From positions 1-64,000 of the IMG/VR virus record IMGVR_UViG_3300026484_000095: 64,000 nt of DNA; one strand, given 5' to 3'. Below, piece by piece: positions 1 through 10,275 of this stretch (the first letter of the stretch is position 1; every line of letters begins with the position of its first letter). The notes beneath the pieces are model-generated. The model worked only from the letters and a program-made list of their open reading frames with translations. It ran no database searches and was not told where the DNA came from. Position numbers and translations under genes: made by a program. Origin of the DNA: a virus.

Positions 1-323
1 GAGGTATGAAAAGCTCACCTAGTATGATGTATGCTGTTAATTGTTTAGAAGGAGTAGCAGAGAAAATCCCTAGTGTGATACATATAGACGGTACTTGTAG
101 AATACAAACCGTTAATAAAGAGCAAAATGAACATTATTATAATCTGATTAAAGAATTTAAAGAGCGAACTGGTGTTCCTTTGCTTTTCAATACATCTTTT
201 AATTTAGGAGGTGAACCTCTGGCTGAGACCTTAGAGGATGCTTTTAAAGTGTTAGCTAATTCAGATATTAATTATTTATACTTACCTGAACATAACATCA
301 TTATTCATAAGTTAAAGGAATAA
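1..323 (+). CDS. Carbamoyltransferase (NodU/CmcH/TobZ family) C-terminal domain, 5'-truncated by window edge
   Basis: Motifs HIDGTCRIQTV and GVPLLFNTSFNLGGEPL; frame is open back to the window start. Confidence 0.85.
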   Translation, partial: GMKSSPSMMYAVNCLEGVAEKIPSVIHIDGTCRIQTVNKEQNEHYYNLIKEFKERTGVPLLFNTSFNLGGEPLAETLEDAFKVLANSDINYLYLPEHNIIIHKLKE

Positions 324-326
324 ATA

Positions 327-417
327 ATGAAAGTTTTGATAACTGGTGCAGGGGAAGGGCTTCATAGGAAGTTCTTCCTTAGCAGAAGTTTTAATTAGTG
401 TATTGAGAATATGTTAA
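327..417 (+). pseudogene. Remnant of NAD-dependent epimerase/dehydratase N-terminus
   Basis: MKVLITGAGEG, then after a frameshift near 360, FIGSSSLAEVL; together a Rossmann GxxGxxG start; stops at 417. Confidence 0.55.
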
Positions 418-435
418 ACTTTTAATATAGGTTTT

Positions 436-474
436 ACATAGTGGCTCTTAAAAAAAAAAGAGGAGCCACTATGT
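436..474. terminator. 12-bp perfect inverted repeat, hairpin/terminator-like
   Basis: ACATAGTGGCTC ... GAGCCACTATGT. Confidence 0.5.
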
Positions 475-547
475 TACAATTTACTACCCCCTTAAATGAT
501 GATATTCATTCCCAATTCCACGAACCATTTGATTATAAGGCTTAATA

Positions 548-748
548 ATGGTATTAAAAGATTATAATTTGGTAACTTATTTAAAGCTGAACGGATTTAA
601 TTATGTAAAAAAGGATATAAAAGGTTTTCATTATGAGCTTAAAGGCCGTGAGAAGCTTTACAAGGCTTTATATTCAAATTATAAAAAGGTTTTTAAACCC
701 TTTGTAGATGAAGTTAAGAATTTAAAGAGAACCTACCTTTATTCTTAA
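548..748 (+). CDS. Small hypothetical protein
   Basis: 66-aa ORF in the prevailing orientation. Confidence 0.5.
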   Translation: MVLKDYNLVTYLKLNGFNYVKKDIKGFHYELKGREKLYKALYSNYKKVFKPFVDEVKNLKRTYLYS

Positions 749-815
749 AACATACTCCCCTTTCAGAGTATAAATGAATTTAAAAATAAAGTAAATAACG
801 AAAAAGGAGTAGGTT

Positions 816-1673
816 ATGGCTTATGATTTATCAAGTCAGCATATTACGCTTACAGCACAAGATATGACACACGGTATCAAATCTGCTGTGGTTAATGCTC
901 AAACAAGAATTGAGGAATTAAAGACAGGTCAAGACAATCTTAATGACGCTGTTGAAACAGCTCTTAATAATGTTGATGTAAGACTTAATGCTTTGCTAGG
1001 TGGGGAAACAGTCCTTAGTGCTGATGTTTCTAAAGATGGAACAACTATCACAGTTGATGGACCTTCAATAGTTACAAAAGATGCTAAATTGGAGATTGGG
1101 GATAGTGATACAGTATATACTGTTGTTTCAAAAGATGAAAACAATGTTATTACACTTGACCCTGCTATTGATGCCGATTATGCACAAGGCACAGTAGTTA
1201 ATGTTCACTCTGCCGCTGATGTTACAGCTATTCAAGAGCAAATGAATGTACTTGCTGAGATATTCTCAAAAGAGGGGACAGCAAATGATGTATTCGACGC
1301 TCTCGTAATTCTAGCTAATGCTTGGAACGAAGCAGGTGATATGATTTCTGTTAAAGAAGTAGAGTTCACTGCTGAGAATGGCGAAGCTTCTGTCGATTTA
1401 TCAGCTTTCAATTTTCAAGACACTTCTTACAAATTGATTGGTTCAGTTGATGGTAAAGGTGCAATGGCTTCAAGAACTGGTTTTATCAAAGTTAGTAAGT
1501 CAGAAGCAAAGATAGTAGCTTATGATACTAGATACTTTGTGGAAGACGAGGTTAAATATAATGCAAGTGTAGATGGAGCTAGTTTCATTGTAACTATTGG
1601 TGTTACATATCCTAGACCTCGTCTATCATTTAGCATTACTGATGAAGAAAATAACACAACTTCAGTAGAGTAA
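816..1673 (+). CDS. Putative virion structural protein (coiled coil + beta-rich domains)
   Basis: AAGGAG RBS, acidic and beta-rich, sits in structural-looking block. Confidence 0.5.
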   Translation: MAYDLSSQHITLTAQDMTHGIKSAVVNAQTRIEELKTGQDNLNDAVETALNNVDVRLNALLGGETVLSADVSKDGTTITVDGPSIVTKDAKLEIGDSDTVYTVVSKDENNVITLDPAIDADYAQGTVVNVHSAADVTAIQEQMNVLAEIFSKEGTANDVFDALVILANAWNEAGDMISVKEVEFTAENGEASVDLSAFNFQDTSYKLIGSVDGKGAMASRTGFIKVSKSEAKIVAYDTRYFVEDEVKYNASVDGASFIVTIGVTYPRPRLSFSITDEENNTTSVE

Positions 1674-2088
1674 AAAGGTAAGAGTTAGATATGTTACGAG
1701 ATGAGTAAGTACTAGAACACATAGCATATAGCATAAGAAGATTTGTAGATAGTAGAGATAAACCTATTTATAGTCAGTTTCATATTGTTAATATCTTTTT
1801 AATTGCATTTATGTTTGTGTTTCTTTTACTGTTCATCTTGGTTCTATATTGAATGTATAGCTATACGGGACAGTCCGAAACTGAACATAAGAAAGTGGTA
1901 GCCCCTATAAAAGCACCCAACACTTGTAATAATGATAGCCATATACAAAAAGGTATAGACATTTCTACTTTTAGGTTTCTTTATTCAGAGAAAAAAGGTC
2001 GAAAGACTTGTATGTATTATTCTTTAATAGGTAATACAGAACAGTATTACACTGTGTGTAAATAAAAATAAAAATTAAAGGAAAAGTT

Positions 2089-3390
2089 ATGGCAGATAAT
2101 GTTACAACTGGAAAGTTAGAGGTTAAGTTAGGTGAGTTAGCTGAGGGTATGGCGATAAGCACTAAGAAATTTGTTGAAGCAGGTTTCGTAGATAAAGCTA
2201 CTTATATGGCAAACAATCAAGCTATCATCAAAAGACTTGAAGCAGTCGACTCTATTGCAGATGATGATGTAGAGAGTTTAGCTGAGAAAATTATTGAAAT
2301 TCGTAAAATGATTGGTGAAGCAGGTGACGATTTAGTTAAATCTTTATTTAATAGACTTGCAGAAATCAAAGCTTCTGTAACTGCTGTTGATTCAGATTTA
2401 CAAGCTCACAAAACAGCAACTGCTGACAGTTTCATTGCTCTTCTAAGTGCAACAAAAGCTAACACAAATGCTATCACAAGCCTATCCGAAACTGTTTCTA
2501 AAAACAAACAAGATATGGAAACTGCTGTTGCAGGTGTTCAAGAAGATGTAAATACATTGGCAAAAGAGACTGCACAATCGGCTGAAGACTTGGCAAAAGC
2601 TGTTTCTGATGAAACTGCAAGAGCAAAAGCACAAGAAGCTCAAAACCGCAAAATTTCTGATGAAGCTATTGCAACTGCAAAAGAGGAAGTTCTTACAGCT
2701 ACTGCTGAAGGTCTAGCTCCTATTTCTGAAAAAACTGACTTGAATGAAAGAGCTATTCAAATACTGAATGGTGATAAAACTGTTGAAAATTCAGTTGATT
2801 TCAAAGTTGAACAAGCTAAAATCAGACTACAAAATGAAATCAAAGCTGTAAGCGACAAACAAGTTAAAGACGTTACTGCTAACATACAAGAGCAAATTGA
2901 TTCAATCACTGGTGGTGAAGAGGGTTCTCTTAAAGACCTTATCGAGAAAGCAAATGTAAATGAAGTAAGCACAAAGGCAAATCAAACTGCTATCTCTGAA
3001 ATGCAAACTGCAATGGCTGAAACAAACAAGAATGTTGAAGCAAATGCTACTGAAACAGCAAAAGTTGCTACTGATGTTCAAAAAGTAGGTGCTTCTGTTA
3101 CTGAAATGCAAAATCAAATCAATGATGTTACATTGAAAAATGGAGGCCTACAAAAAGGTCTTATGACTAGAACATCTGAGTTGGAAAAAGCTGTTGAACT
3201 TGAAGCCCAAAAAAGAGTTGCAGAGTTGGAAAAAACTGTTGAAGATTTGAAAGCATATTCTGACAGTAAAGACTTGAGAGCTAGTTCTATAAGTGTTTGT
3301 GTAATCCTAAGTAAATTTGATAGTATCTTGGGTGTAGCAAGTGACTGTGGTGGAACAACAACTAATTCAGGTGATGGTGAGTCACTGTAA
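2089..3390 (+). CDS. Long coiled-coil protein, probably virion fibre/structural
   Basis: Ala/Glu/Lys/Thr heptad-rich 433 aa, AAGGA RBS. Confidence 0.5.
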   Translation: MADNVTTGKLEVKLGELAEGMAISTKKFVEAGFVDKATYMANNQAIIKRLEAVDSIADDDVESLAEKIIEIRKMIGEAGDDLVKSLFNRLAEIKASVTAVDSDLQAHKTATADSFIALLSATKANTNAITSLSETVSKNKQDMETAVAGVQEDVNTLAKETAQSAEDLAKAVSDETARAKAQEAQNRKISDEAIATAKEEVLTATAEGLAPISEKTDLNERAIQILNGDKTVENSVDFKVEQAKIRLQNEIKAVSDKQVKDVTANIQEQIDSITGGEEGSLKDLIEKANVNEVSTKANQTAISEMQTAMAETNKNVEANATETAKVATDVQKVGASVTEMQNQINDVTLKNGGLQKGLMTRTSELEKAVELEAQKRVAELEKTVEDLKAYSDSKDLRASSISVCVILSKFDSILGVASDCGGTTTNSGDGESL

Positions 3391-3408
3391 TCTGATTTAA
3401 TTTTTCGT

Positions 3409-3434
3409 GGGTAGGTAGTTTTTTCTACCTACTC
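3409..3434 (+). terminator. Hairpin after coiled-coil gene
   Basis: GGGTAGGTAG-TTTTTT-CTACCTACTC. Confidence 0.5.
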
Positions 3435-3479
3435 TAAAATTAAATAAAGTGAAGTAAGAGAAGTAAAAAGGTTATAAAT

Positions 3480-4490
3480 ATGAAAATTAAAAAGTGTCTT
3501 AATGTTGAGTATGACTTAACAAGTGATGAGTTTAAAGTTCAAAAGCAAGATGAAGTAAGTGCAAAATTCCAAGCTAAATACCCTGATTATTTAGTTAAAG
3601 TTATGACTTTCTGTGTAGCTGATAAAAATCTAGTTATCCATACCACAGAAAATAACAAATCTTTTATTGGTGCTAGTGATAAGATGTTAGCTCATAGACC
3701 TATCAAAGAGCAGTCTTTCTTGAATATGGACGATGAAATGTTAAAAACTTATGAAATTAACATAACAAAAGATTCTCCAATTTCAGATTACGAAACAGCT
3801 TTAGATACAGCACAAGATGTAGCAGACAATCTATTTGAGCAAGATGATACTAAAATCCCTGTCGTAACTGTAATTGACTACAAGTGGGGTAATTCCCCAA
3901 AAGTTCTAAGTTCTAGTCTATTTACTGAGTTAGATGAAAATGGAGATACTGTAAGTCTAATAGGTCAGTCTGATAGTGCTATTGAGGTTATTGCAATGCC
4001 TACTGCAAAAATTAAAATGCTGAATAATGGTGCAGAGTTCACTGGTAAAGCCTTAGAGACTGATATTTATATAGATGAGATTAAATCTCTAAGCTTTGAG
4101 GTAAAAGGTTTTTCACACGACGATAACAAAGCTAATCTATTATTTGGTGTTCTTAGAAGAGAGGGAAAGAGCTGGAATAACTTCGCATTAAAATATGATA
4201 TAATAAACTCTAGATTCGGTATATCTGTAAATGGTATTTCTTACTCTAATAAGGGTTTCTCTATCCCCAACTTCCCATACGAAGAGCTTAATGGTGATGT
4301 TTATCGCAAAGTAACTGTTAAAGTGTCGGATAAAGTAGAGATTTATATTGACGATACAAAAGTTCTCGGAGTTAAAAAATCAAAAGCTTTCCCACACGAT
4401 AAATTGGTATTCTTTGGAGCAACAAAAAATGGTGTATTAGACCCTCTATATAATTGTTCAGGAACTATAAGAAACATAGTAGTTAAGTAG
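3480..4490 (+). CDS. Hypothetical structural protein, possible C-terminal ConA/LamG-like beta-sandwich
   Basis: 336 aa; beta-rich C-terminus (KVEIYIDD...GTIRNIVVK). Confidence 0.4.
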   Translation: MKIKKCLNVEYDLTSDEFKVQKQDEVSAKFQAKYPDYLVKVMTFCVADKNLVIHTTENNKSFIGASDKMLAHRPIKEQSFLNMDDEMLKTYEINITKDSPISDYETALDTAQDVADNLFEQDDTKIPVVTVIDYKWGNSPKVLSSSLFTELDENGDTVSLIGQSDSAIEVIAMPTAKIKMLNNGAEFTGKALETDIYIDEIKSLSFEVKGFSHDDNKANLLFGVLRREGKSWNNFALKYDIINSRFGISVNGISYSNKGFSIPNFPYEELNGDVYRKVTVKVSDKVEIYIDDTKVLGVKKSKAFPHDKLVFFGATKNGVLDPLYNCSGTIRNIVVK

Positions 4491-4509
4491 GTTTTATCCT
4501 GCTTAACTA
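4480..4509. terminator. Hairpin over stop codon
   Basis: TAGTTAAGTAGG ... CCTGCTTAACTA. Confidence 0.4.
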
Positions 4510-4514
4510 AAAAA

Positions 4515-4877
4515 ATGAAAGGTGTAGAAATGGTAACTATTCAAGGATATTATGAGAGAAGAAATGTTATAGAGACGAAATTAGAAATAAATAATTTTTT
4601 CAATAAGTCATTATTTGCTGTATTTAATAAGCCCACTTTTGTGTTTATAAGTCAAGAGCATTATGATTATCTAAACCCTAAGCTAGATGAGGATTGCTCA
4701 TTTATAGGGGGAGCAGATGATACTAGAACAGTTGATGATTTATTGAAAGAACCTATATTATATGCTATATCTACTGGCGATTTACAAGCTGATATTATTG
4801 CAGTAGTATCTACTATTGAAGCTTATACAAAACAATCAATGAACTATTTAGTTATAACTAAAATTGAAGAGGAGTAA
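4515..4877 (+). CDS. Hypothetical protein (start may be ATG 4530)
   Basis: ORF track; AAGGTG precedes 4530. Confidence 0.55.
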   Translation: MKGVEMVTIQGYYERRNVIETKLEINNFFNKSLFAVFNKPTFVFISQEHYDYLNPKLDEDCSFIGGADDTRTVDDLLKEPILYAISTGDLQADIIAVVSTIEAYTKQSMNYLVITKIEEE

Positions 4878-4880
4878 ATT

Positions 4881-5396
4881 ATGGCAGATACAAAAAGGAT
4901 AGATTTATTCCTTAGACCTGATTCAACAGCTACTAAACAACAAGCCATAGATTATGCTTTCAAGAGGGCAAACGAGAGGGATAATGATGGTTCTAACTAT
5001 GTAGATGGTGTTCAACAAAAGGCTCACTATTATGATGTTACAGATAGTAGAACTGGTGCTAAGTATATGGTCTTTGGTGAAGATGCTCAGAAGATTTTGA
5101 GATTACCTAAGCTGTTAGATATTTTAAATAAATCAGAGTTCTTAAAAGGATTTACTAAGGATTATATCATTAATAGTAAAGATGGTGTTTATACAGTTGA
5201 ATTAGACAATGACGATGATTATAATGTAATTCTTACAGTAGAAGATAATAATAGAGCTGACGCCCATATAGAGAATGAGAAACAAGGCTCTTTTGATATA
5301 GCTTTGTATGATAAAGACGCTTTCGTAGAAGATGAGGAGCGATTAGACTGTTCTGAGAACCCTATTAAAGTAAATGCTGTTATTGTTTATAAGTAA
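4881..5396 (+). CDS. Hypothetical structural protein, C-terminus resembles that of 816..1673
   Basis: Shared YDxxxFVEDE motif; AGGAG RBS. Confidence 0.5.
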   Translation: MADTKRIDLFLRPDSTATKQQAIDYAFKRANERDNDGSNYVDGVQQKAHYYDVTDSRTGAKYMVFGEDAQKILRLPKLLDILNKSEFLKGFTKDYIINSKDGVYTVELDNDDDYNVILTVEDNNRADAHIENEKQGSFDIALYDKDAFVEDEERLDCSENPIKVNAVIVYK

Positions 5397-5443
5397 CTTG
5401 TTTTATATATCTTTCTTATATAATTTTTTTAAAGGAAAGATAT

Positions 5444-5908
5444 ATGCCATTAACTATAAAAGAAAGAGTAGAGCAAGTTGAAGAGTGCTGTAACACAACT
5501 AAGGATAATATCTTACCTATCCTCCAAGCATTAAAAGATGATATACTTCCTAATCTAAATGTCGGTAACAAAGGTGAGTATAAACTCAATAAAGGTTGGA
5601 ATTTTGTTGCTATCAATGTAAGAGGGGTAAAAGTAGCAGATTATTTTGTGAAAAGACTGAATGATAAATATAATACAAGTGATAGGGAACTAATAGATGT
5701 ATGTAATGCTTTCATAGGTCATAGTCAGGATTATGTAGATTATGTGCCGGGAAAAACTACTAATACAATGGTAGGTAATTTCCCATTAGTGATAGAAGAT
5801 GATGACCATTTTGAAATACAACCTTTCTTTGTATTCATAAATGATTACTCAGATATAGCTGATGAAATTATTTATACTTGGGATTCGGCTGATGGTAATA
5901 AGGGGTAA
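5444..5908 (+). CDS. Hypothetical (virion-associated?) protein
   Basis: LNKGWNFVA motif typical of surface/beta-sandwich proteins; RBS. Confidence 0.45.
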   Translation: MPLTIKERVEQVEECCNTTKDNILPILQALKDDILPNLNVGNKGEYKLNKGWNFVAINVRGVKVADYFVKRLNDKYNTSDRELIDVCNAFIGHSQDYVDYVPGKTTNTMVGNFPLVIEDDDHFEIQPFFVFINDYSDIADEIIYTWDSADGNKG

Positions 5909-5911
5909 TCT

Positions 5912-7312
5912 ATGGCTTTAAATATCACAGTAATTGGTAACTCTTATTATAATGATGAGAAAGTAGATTGTTATTATCAAGTTCATTATTACCCTGCTAT
6001 GGTCTCCTCTCCTATATATGCAACAGAAGACCAAACATTTAGTTTCAATATAGGGGGAGCTGACCATCTAGGTAAAGATGGTGAATTTAAAAAAGACCAT
6101 ATCTGTTTAGTAAATCTTTGGTTAGGTGAATCTGATAAGAGTGAGATGACTAGCCAAACAGTATTGAGAATAAAGCACGATGGGGAGTCCCACTTATATG
6201 ATAGTGATATAAATCTTAAAAACATATTTGATACACAAGTTTCTTTGGAGCTGAACGAGGTTTATGAGTTAGGTGATAAAGTTGAACCTATAGTTAATAT
6301 AAACAGCACCTTTCAATGGTTATACAATGAAATCTATTTATATCAAAGACCTTCTTGGTATGGGTTTATTTTAAATCCAAACACTGGCACAGATGCTATG
6401 AGTATAAACTTCGATTATGAGTTAGGTTTAACATCTGACTATTTCTATATATACAAAGATATAGGGGTTAAAGAAGTTCTTTTAAAAGTTATTGATGGTA
6501 TGAATAGAGAATACTTAGATAGTAAATCTCTTGAAGTGAAGCATAAACAACCTATCATAGATATATCTTACTCCCCAAAAGCTCCTGATATAGATGACGA
6601 TATTGAAGTTAGTGTTAGTATTACATCTCAAACATCTTACTCTTATAATCTTTACATAGATGATTATTTGGTTTCAAATCACTCTAAATCTATTTCAACT
6701 AATATAGGAAAATTGCAGTTGGATAGTTATAGTATAAAAGTTGAGCTTACTTACAATGATGGCTTCCAAACAAAATTAGTAACTTCTACTCTCCCTATAT
6801 TTATGAGGAATATGCCACCTGAGGTATCAATAATAGAGGTAGAGAAAAATCCACCTATTTTAAGTTTAGGTTCAGATATAGTTAATAGAGATGACGATAT
6901 TGCTAGTATAGATTGGTATATCTATAAATTAGTAAAAGACAAAAGCTCAAATATAGTAACTAAGGTTCGTTTGGATAAAGTAAGCTCAAAAGATTTATAT
7001 TACAACTTTAATGAGTATGGCGATATTATTATAGAATTGGAGGTTATAGATATACACGGAGCTATTGGTAAGGCTATCTATAATTTACACATTGACTGTG
7101 CTTCTGTGGGTGCGGTATTCGTTCAGGATGTAGAATTTATACAAGAGGGAGTTATAGTACAAGACTTTTCTCAAAAGATTATAGTAAATAATTATGACTT
7201 TTCTGCTGAGTTAGTAGTCCCCAAGTTCAGAGGAGCGACAGTTTATAAGGAAGTATTTAAAGAGGTTATAAAAGATAGTGCATTTAATGTCTATAAAGTA
7301 GAGGAGATATAA
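5912..7312 (+). CDS. PKD/Ig-like repeat structural protein
   Basis: Repeated Ig/PKD-like segments (YKDIGVKEVLLKVIDG; NMPPEV; FNEYGDIIIELEVIDIHG). Confidence 0.5.
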   Translation: MALNITVIGNSYYNDEKVDCYYQVHYYPAMVSSPIYATEDQTFSFNIGGADHLGKDGEFKKDHICLVNLWLGESDKSEMTSQTVLRIKHDGESHLYDSDINLKNIFDTQVSLELNEVYELGDKVEPIVNINSTFQWLYNEIYLYQRPSWYGFILNPNTGTDAMSINFDYELGLTSDYFYIYKDIGVKEVLLKVIDGMNREYLDSKSLEVKHKQPIIDISYSPKAPDIDDDIEVSVSITSQTSYSYNLYIDDYLVSNHSKSISTNIGKLQLDSYSIKVELTYNDGFQTKLVTSTLPIFMRNMPPEVSIIEVEKNPPILSLGSDIVNRDDDIASIDWYIYKLVKDKSSNIVTKVRLDKVSSKDLYYNFNEYGDIIIELEVIDIHGAIGKAIYNLHIDCASVGAVFVQDVEFIQEGVIVQDFSQKIIVNNYDFSAELVVPKFRGATVYKEVFKEVIKDSAFNVYKVEEI

Positions 7313-7314
7313 CT

Positions 7315-7686
7315 ATGGCAGAAGTAATAAAAGTTACACAAGGTAATAGCACAGATATATACTTATACAGTTCAGATGATATTGGTATATTAGACCCTAA
7401 TGAATGGTCTGCTACATTTACAATCGGTAATCCAAAGGAAGAAGACTTATCTAAACAAGTTCTATTAAACGGTAATTTAGGGTTTAGTGAAGAGGGTGTA
7501 AAAAACCTACCTGCTAATTCGTTCTTAGTTTGGCAATTAAGCCCAACTGCAACAGCTAGACTTCCAATAGGCAAATATACAATGGTAATTGAGGCAGAAA
7601 GAACTGTAAATAATGAAGTTGTCTTTAAGAAAGAGATATTTATATATCAGGTAATAGTTTCAGCTAAGACCTTCGCAATAGCATAG
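7315..7686 (+). CDS. BppU-like baseplate/tail adaptor protein
   Basis: IKVTQGNS start and LSPTATARLPIGKYTMVIE pattern. Confidence 0.45.
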   Translation: MAEVIKVTQGNSTDIYLYSSDDIGILDPNEWSATFTIGNPKEEDLSKQVLLNGNLGFSEEGVKNLPANSFLVWQLSPTATARLPIGKYTMVIEAERTVNNEVVFKKEIFIYQVIVSAKTFAIA

Positions 7687-7750
7687 GTAAAGAATTGAGA
7701 TAGATATACTTATATATAAATGGTATCAAATTTTAGAAAGGAAAACTGAT

Positions 7751-8158
7751 ATGATAGATAAGAAATTCACAAGAAGTGGAGGTCATACAAGAATGGACTT
7801 CCAAATAGATAAAATTCGTGCTAATATGGGTACGGTTATATCTTTTCGTGATACACAAAACAGAAATGCTATTGCGATAGCTACTGCTCTAACATTAGAG
7901 TATCAAGATAGATATAACCGTTCTATTGAGCTGAAAGCTATCAAAACTGATATGATTCCTATGGGTAAGAATAAAGGCTCTATTCTAACTCAAATAGGTT
8001 TTCAAGATGTTTATAACAATGAGCTTGATAAACAAAATGCAAAACACTTCGTTCAGATGTATAACAACGGTGATTTGGGTTGGATAGAGGATTTTATACT
8101 AAATAATTTCCCTAGTGTCGATATAAGTTCAATAAAAGTTCTTAACCAAAAGGTTTAA
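7751..8158 (+). CDS. Hypothetical protein
   Basis: ORF with AAGGA RBS. Confidence 0.55.
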   Translation: MIDKKFTRSGGHTRMDFQIDKIRANMGTVISFRDTQNRNAIAIATALTLEYQDRYNRSIELKAIKTDMIPMGKNKGSILTQIGFQDVYNNELDKQNAKHFVQMYNNGDLGWIEDFILNNFPSVDISSIKVLNQKV

Positions 8159-8160
8159 TT

Positions 8161-8373
8161 ATGAAAATTATAGCAGGTAGATTGGATTTTGAAGCAATGA
8201 CTTCGAGATTGAAATTCTATACAAAAAGAGAAGGTGACTATATAGAGTTTAAAGTCTATATAGATACAAAGGCTATAATTTCTAATAAAATTAAGATAGC
8301 GACATTTAAGAAATTATATAAAAAGCTATCTAAGGTTATAGAAGAGCTAGAGAGTAATAATACGGAGGTTTAA
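8161..8373 (+). CDS. Small hypothetical protein (starts MKIIAG)
   Basis: ORF tightly packed with neighbours. Confidence 0.5.
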   Translation: MKIIAGRLDFEAMTSRLKFYTKREGDYIEFKVYIDTKAIISNKIKIATFKKLYKKLSKVIEELESNNTEV

Positions 8374-8374
8374 A

Positions 8375-8890
8375 ATGGCTGAATTAAGTAGGGAAAAAGA
8401 AATCATTGGTATTATACAAAAACAATTAAATAATACTTCAAGATTTGAATCAGCAAACACAATGATACCTAATCCTGATAGTCCTGAAATGCAACAAGCT
8501 ATTGAAGACGCTGTTGATGATATAAATCTGAAAACTCATTTATCTAATTACACATTAGAGGCATACTGGAATAAAGGTAATCCTTATAGAAGATTACTCC
8601 GATTAGCAACAGAGATTAACATCTATAAATTGCTAATCAAAGATTGGGTAGCTAATGGAATGGACGTCGACTTAGGCGATTTAAGTCTGCCATCAAAGTT
8701 GGGGGATTATCAAAGTTTATTATCTGACTTAAAAATTGAGTTTGATGAAATAATTGAGTCCGTTAAGAAAGGCAAACCTCGTTCTAGTATGTCCTCTTTT
8801 TCTACAAAGCCTACTTCTTTAAATGGTCGTAGTAGTGCTTATCTACAAGCTTTAAGAAATCAATTAGAGAAGAACAGAACTGTATATTAG
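8375..8890 (+). CDS. Putative head-tail connector/neck protein
   Basis: AIEDAVDDIN helix pattern and size as seen in large-phage neck proteins; GGAGG RBS. Confidence 0.4.
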   Translation: MAELSREKEIIGIIQKQLNNTSRFESANTMIPNPDSPEMQQAIEDAVDDINLKTHLSNYTLEAYWNKGNPYRRLLRLATEINIYKLLIKDWVANGMDVDLGDLSLPSKLGDYQSLLSDLKIEFDEIIESVKKGKPRSSMSSFSTKPTSLNGRSSAYLQALRNQLEKNRTVY

Positions 8891-8916
8891 TTCTGTATCC
8901 CTTAAGGAGGTAAAAA

Positions 8917-9666
8917 GTGTTTAAAATTAGTGCAAACATTGATACGGTTTTAGTAGATGAATTGGAAACATTTATTATGAATGAATCTAAACTTCAAAAA
9001 TACTATGACTCAGTTACAAAAGACTTGTCAAAGAAGTTGAAGAACGGCAAGTTCGATAAAAATAAGGCTACTAAAGGTCTTATGGTTTTTGTTAATGAGG
9101 GAGCTAAGTTATATCAGGCTAAGTTTGGTAATAAAGATATTGACTGGCAAAAGGCTTTTCCAATGGCTGATAGGAAGGCAACTGCTGAGAGTATATTAGA
9201 CTCTTGGTTAATGGAAGAGAATTTAGGAGTGAAAGGGTTTGATATGACGAGTGTAGCTTGTGGGGAAGATAACGGTATGAAAGTAGAGGGGTGTCCTATG
9301 CAGGATAAAGCAGATTTGATGAGTCAAGCTAATGACTTGGGCTTAACAATGATTATAGCGAGTGAGATTTCGGAGAAGACTGGTAGTCTTATTTCTAAGT
9401 TCGGTAAATTGAAATATGATGAAACTAAACAAGCTGTAGAGAGTGGTAAGTATGAGGGAGACGAACTAGATTTCCTTAAAAAGAAATTAGCAGGTATGGA
9501 TAATATGAAAAACGGCAGTCTTAAAGCTAAATCAATGGAAACTGATAGTAGTGAAGTAGAGGAAAAAGTATCTGATGTTATTCCTGAGGTTACATCTTTT
9601 GCAGATAAAAAATCCACAAATGATTTAGTGGAAGATGAAGTACCTAAGGTTATTATTTTTCAATAA
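8917..9666 (+). CDS. Conserved phage hypothetical protein, possible internal head protein
   Basis: GTG start with AAGGAGG; helical domain KKLKNGKFDKNKA...AKLY. Confidence 0.5.
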   Translation: MFKISANIDTVLVDELETFIMNESKLQKYYDSVTKDLSKKLKNGKFDKNKATKGLMVFVNEGAKLYQAKFGNKDIDWQKAFPMADRKATAESILDSWLMEENLGVKGFDMTSVACGEDNGMKVEGCPMQDKADLMSQANDLGLTMIIASEISEKTGSLISKFGKLKYDETKQAVESGKYEGDELDFLKKKLAGMDNMKNGSLKAKSMETDSSEVEEKVSDVIPEVTSFADKKSTNDLVEDEVPKVIIFQ

Positions 9667-9723
9667 CGGCTTCATAACAGATTTTATACAAAATTTAATT
9701 ATATAATCTTATCATAGAGGTTT

Positions 9724-9763
9724 TTATAGCTATCCTTTAAATTTTAAAGAAAGGTAGCTATAA
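9724..9763 (+). promoter_or_regulatory. RBS-sequestering hairpin before 9763 gene
   Basis: TTATAGCTATCCTTT pairs with AAAGGTAGCTATAA, which contains the AAAGG RBS. Confidence 0.5.
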
Positions 9764-10275
9764 TGACTGATATGATAGATAAACAAATAGCAACTCTTGA
9801 TAAATTAAAGATGGATATTATATCTATCATTGAAGACTCAGGGAATGCTAAGGAACTTACAGATAGATTTATGTCTTTATCAAGAACAGTAGATGAAGAT
9901 GATTATGAGATTATTCAGACTCTAATTCTTATGCAAGATATATCTAACACTAATCACAAAAACTTCAAAAATGTAGCCATACAAACTCTAACAATCTTGA
10001 TAGATTCCAAGATTAGTAGTTATCGTGATATTAAATTATTGAACGAAAGAATTACAGTATTAGAAAAAGCACAAGGCACACAAGTAAAGATACCTATGTT
10101 AGGTAAAATATCTACTAAGGATTTAATGTACTTTATAATCGCTATGTTCATTCTTATATTTACAGCTTACTCTCTCAATCCACAAGCTACAGAAAGAACT
10201 GCTAAGTTCGTAGGTGGCAAGGTTACAAAGAAATTGAAAGAAGAACTAGATATAAGTATAAAGGATAACCAATGA
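9763..10275 (+). CDS. Coiled-coil protein with C-terminal transmembrane helix
   Basis: LMYFIIAMFILIFTAYSL hydrophobic segment; ATGA overlap with next gene. Confidence 0.6.
   Translation: MTDMIDKQIATLDKLKMDIISIIEDSGNAKELTDRFMSLSRTVDEDDYEIIQTLILMQDISNTNHKNFKNVAIQTLTILIDSKISSYRDIKLLNERITVLEKAQGTQVKIPMLGKISTKDLMYFIIAMFILIFTAYSLNPQATERTAKFVGGKVTKKLKEELDISIKDNQ

Noticed and set aside
1853-2065. 70-aa + strand ORF, and a 33-aa hydrophobic minus-strand ORF (about 1861-1962)
   Set aside because: No convincing RBS or motif for either; cannot be supported.
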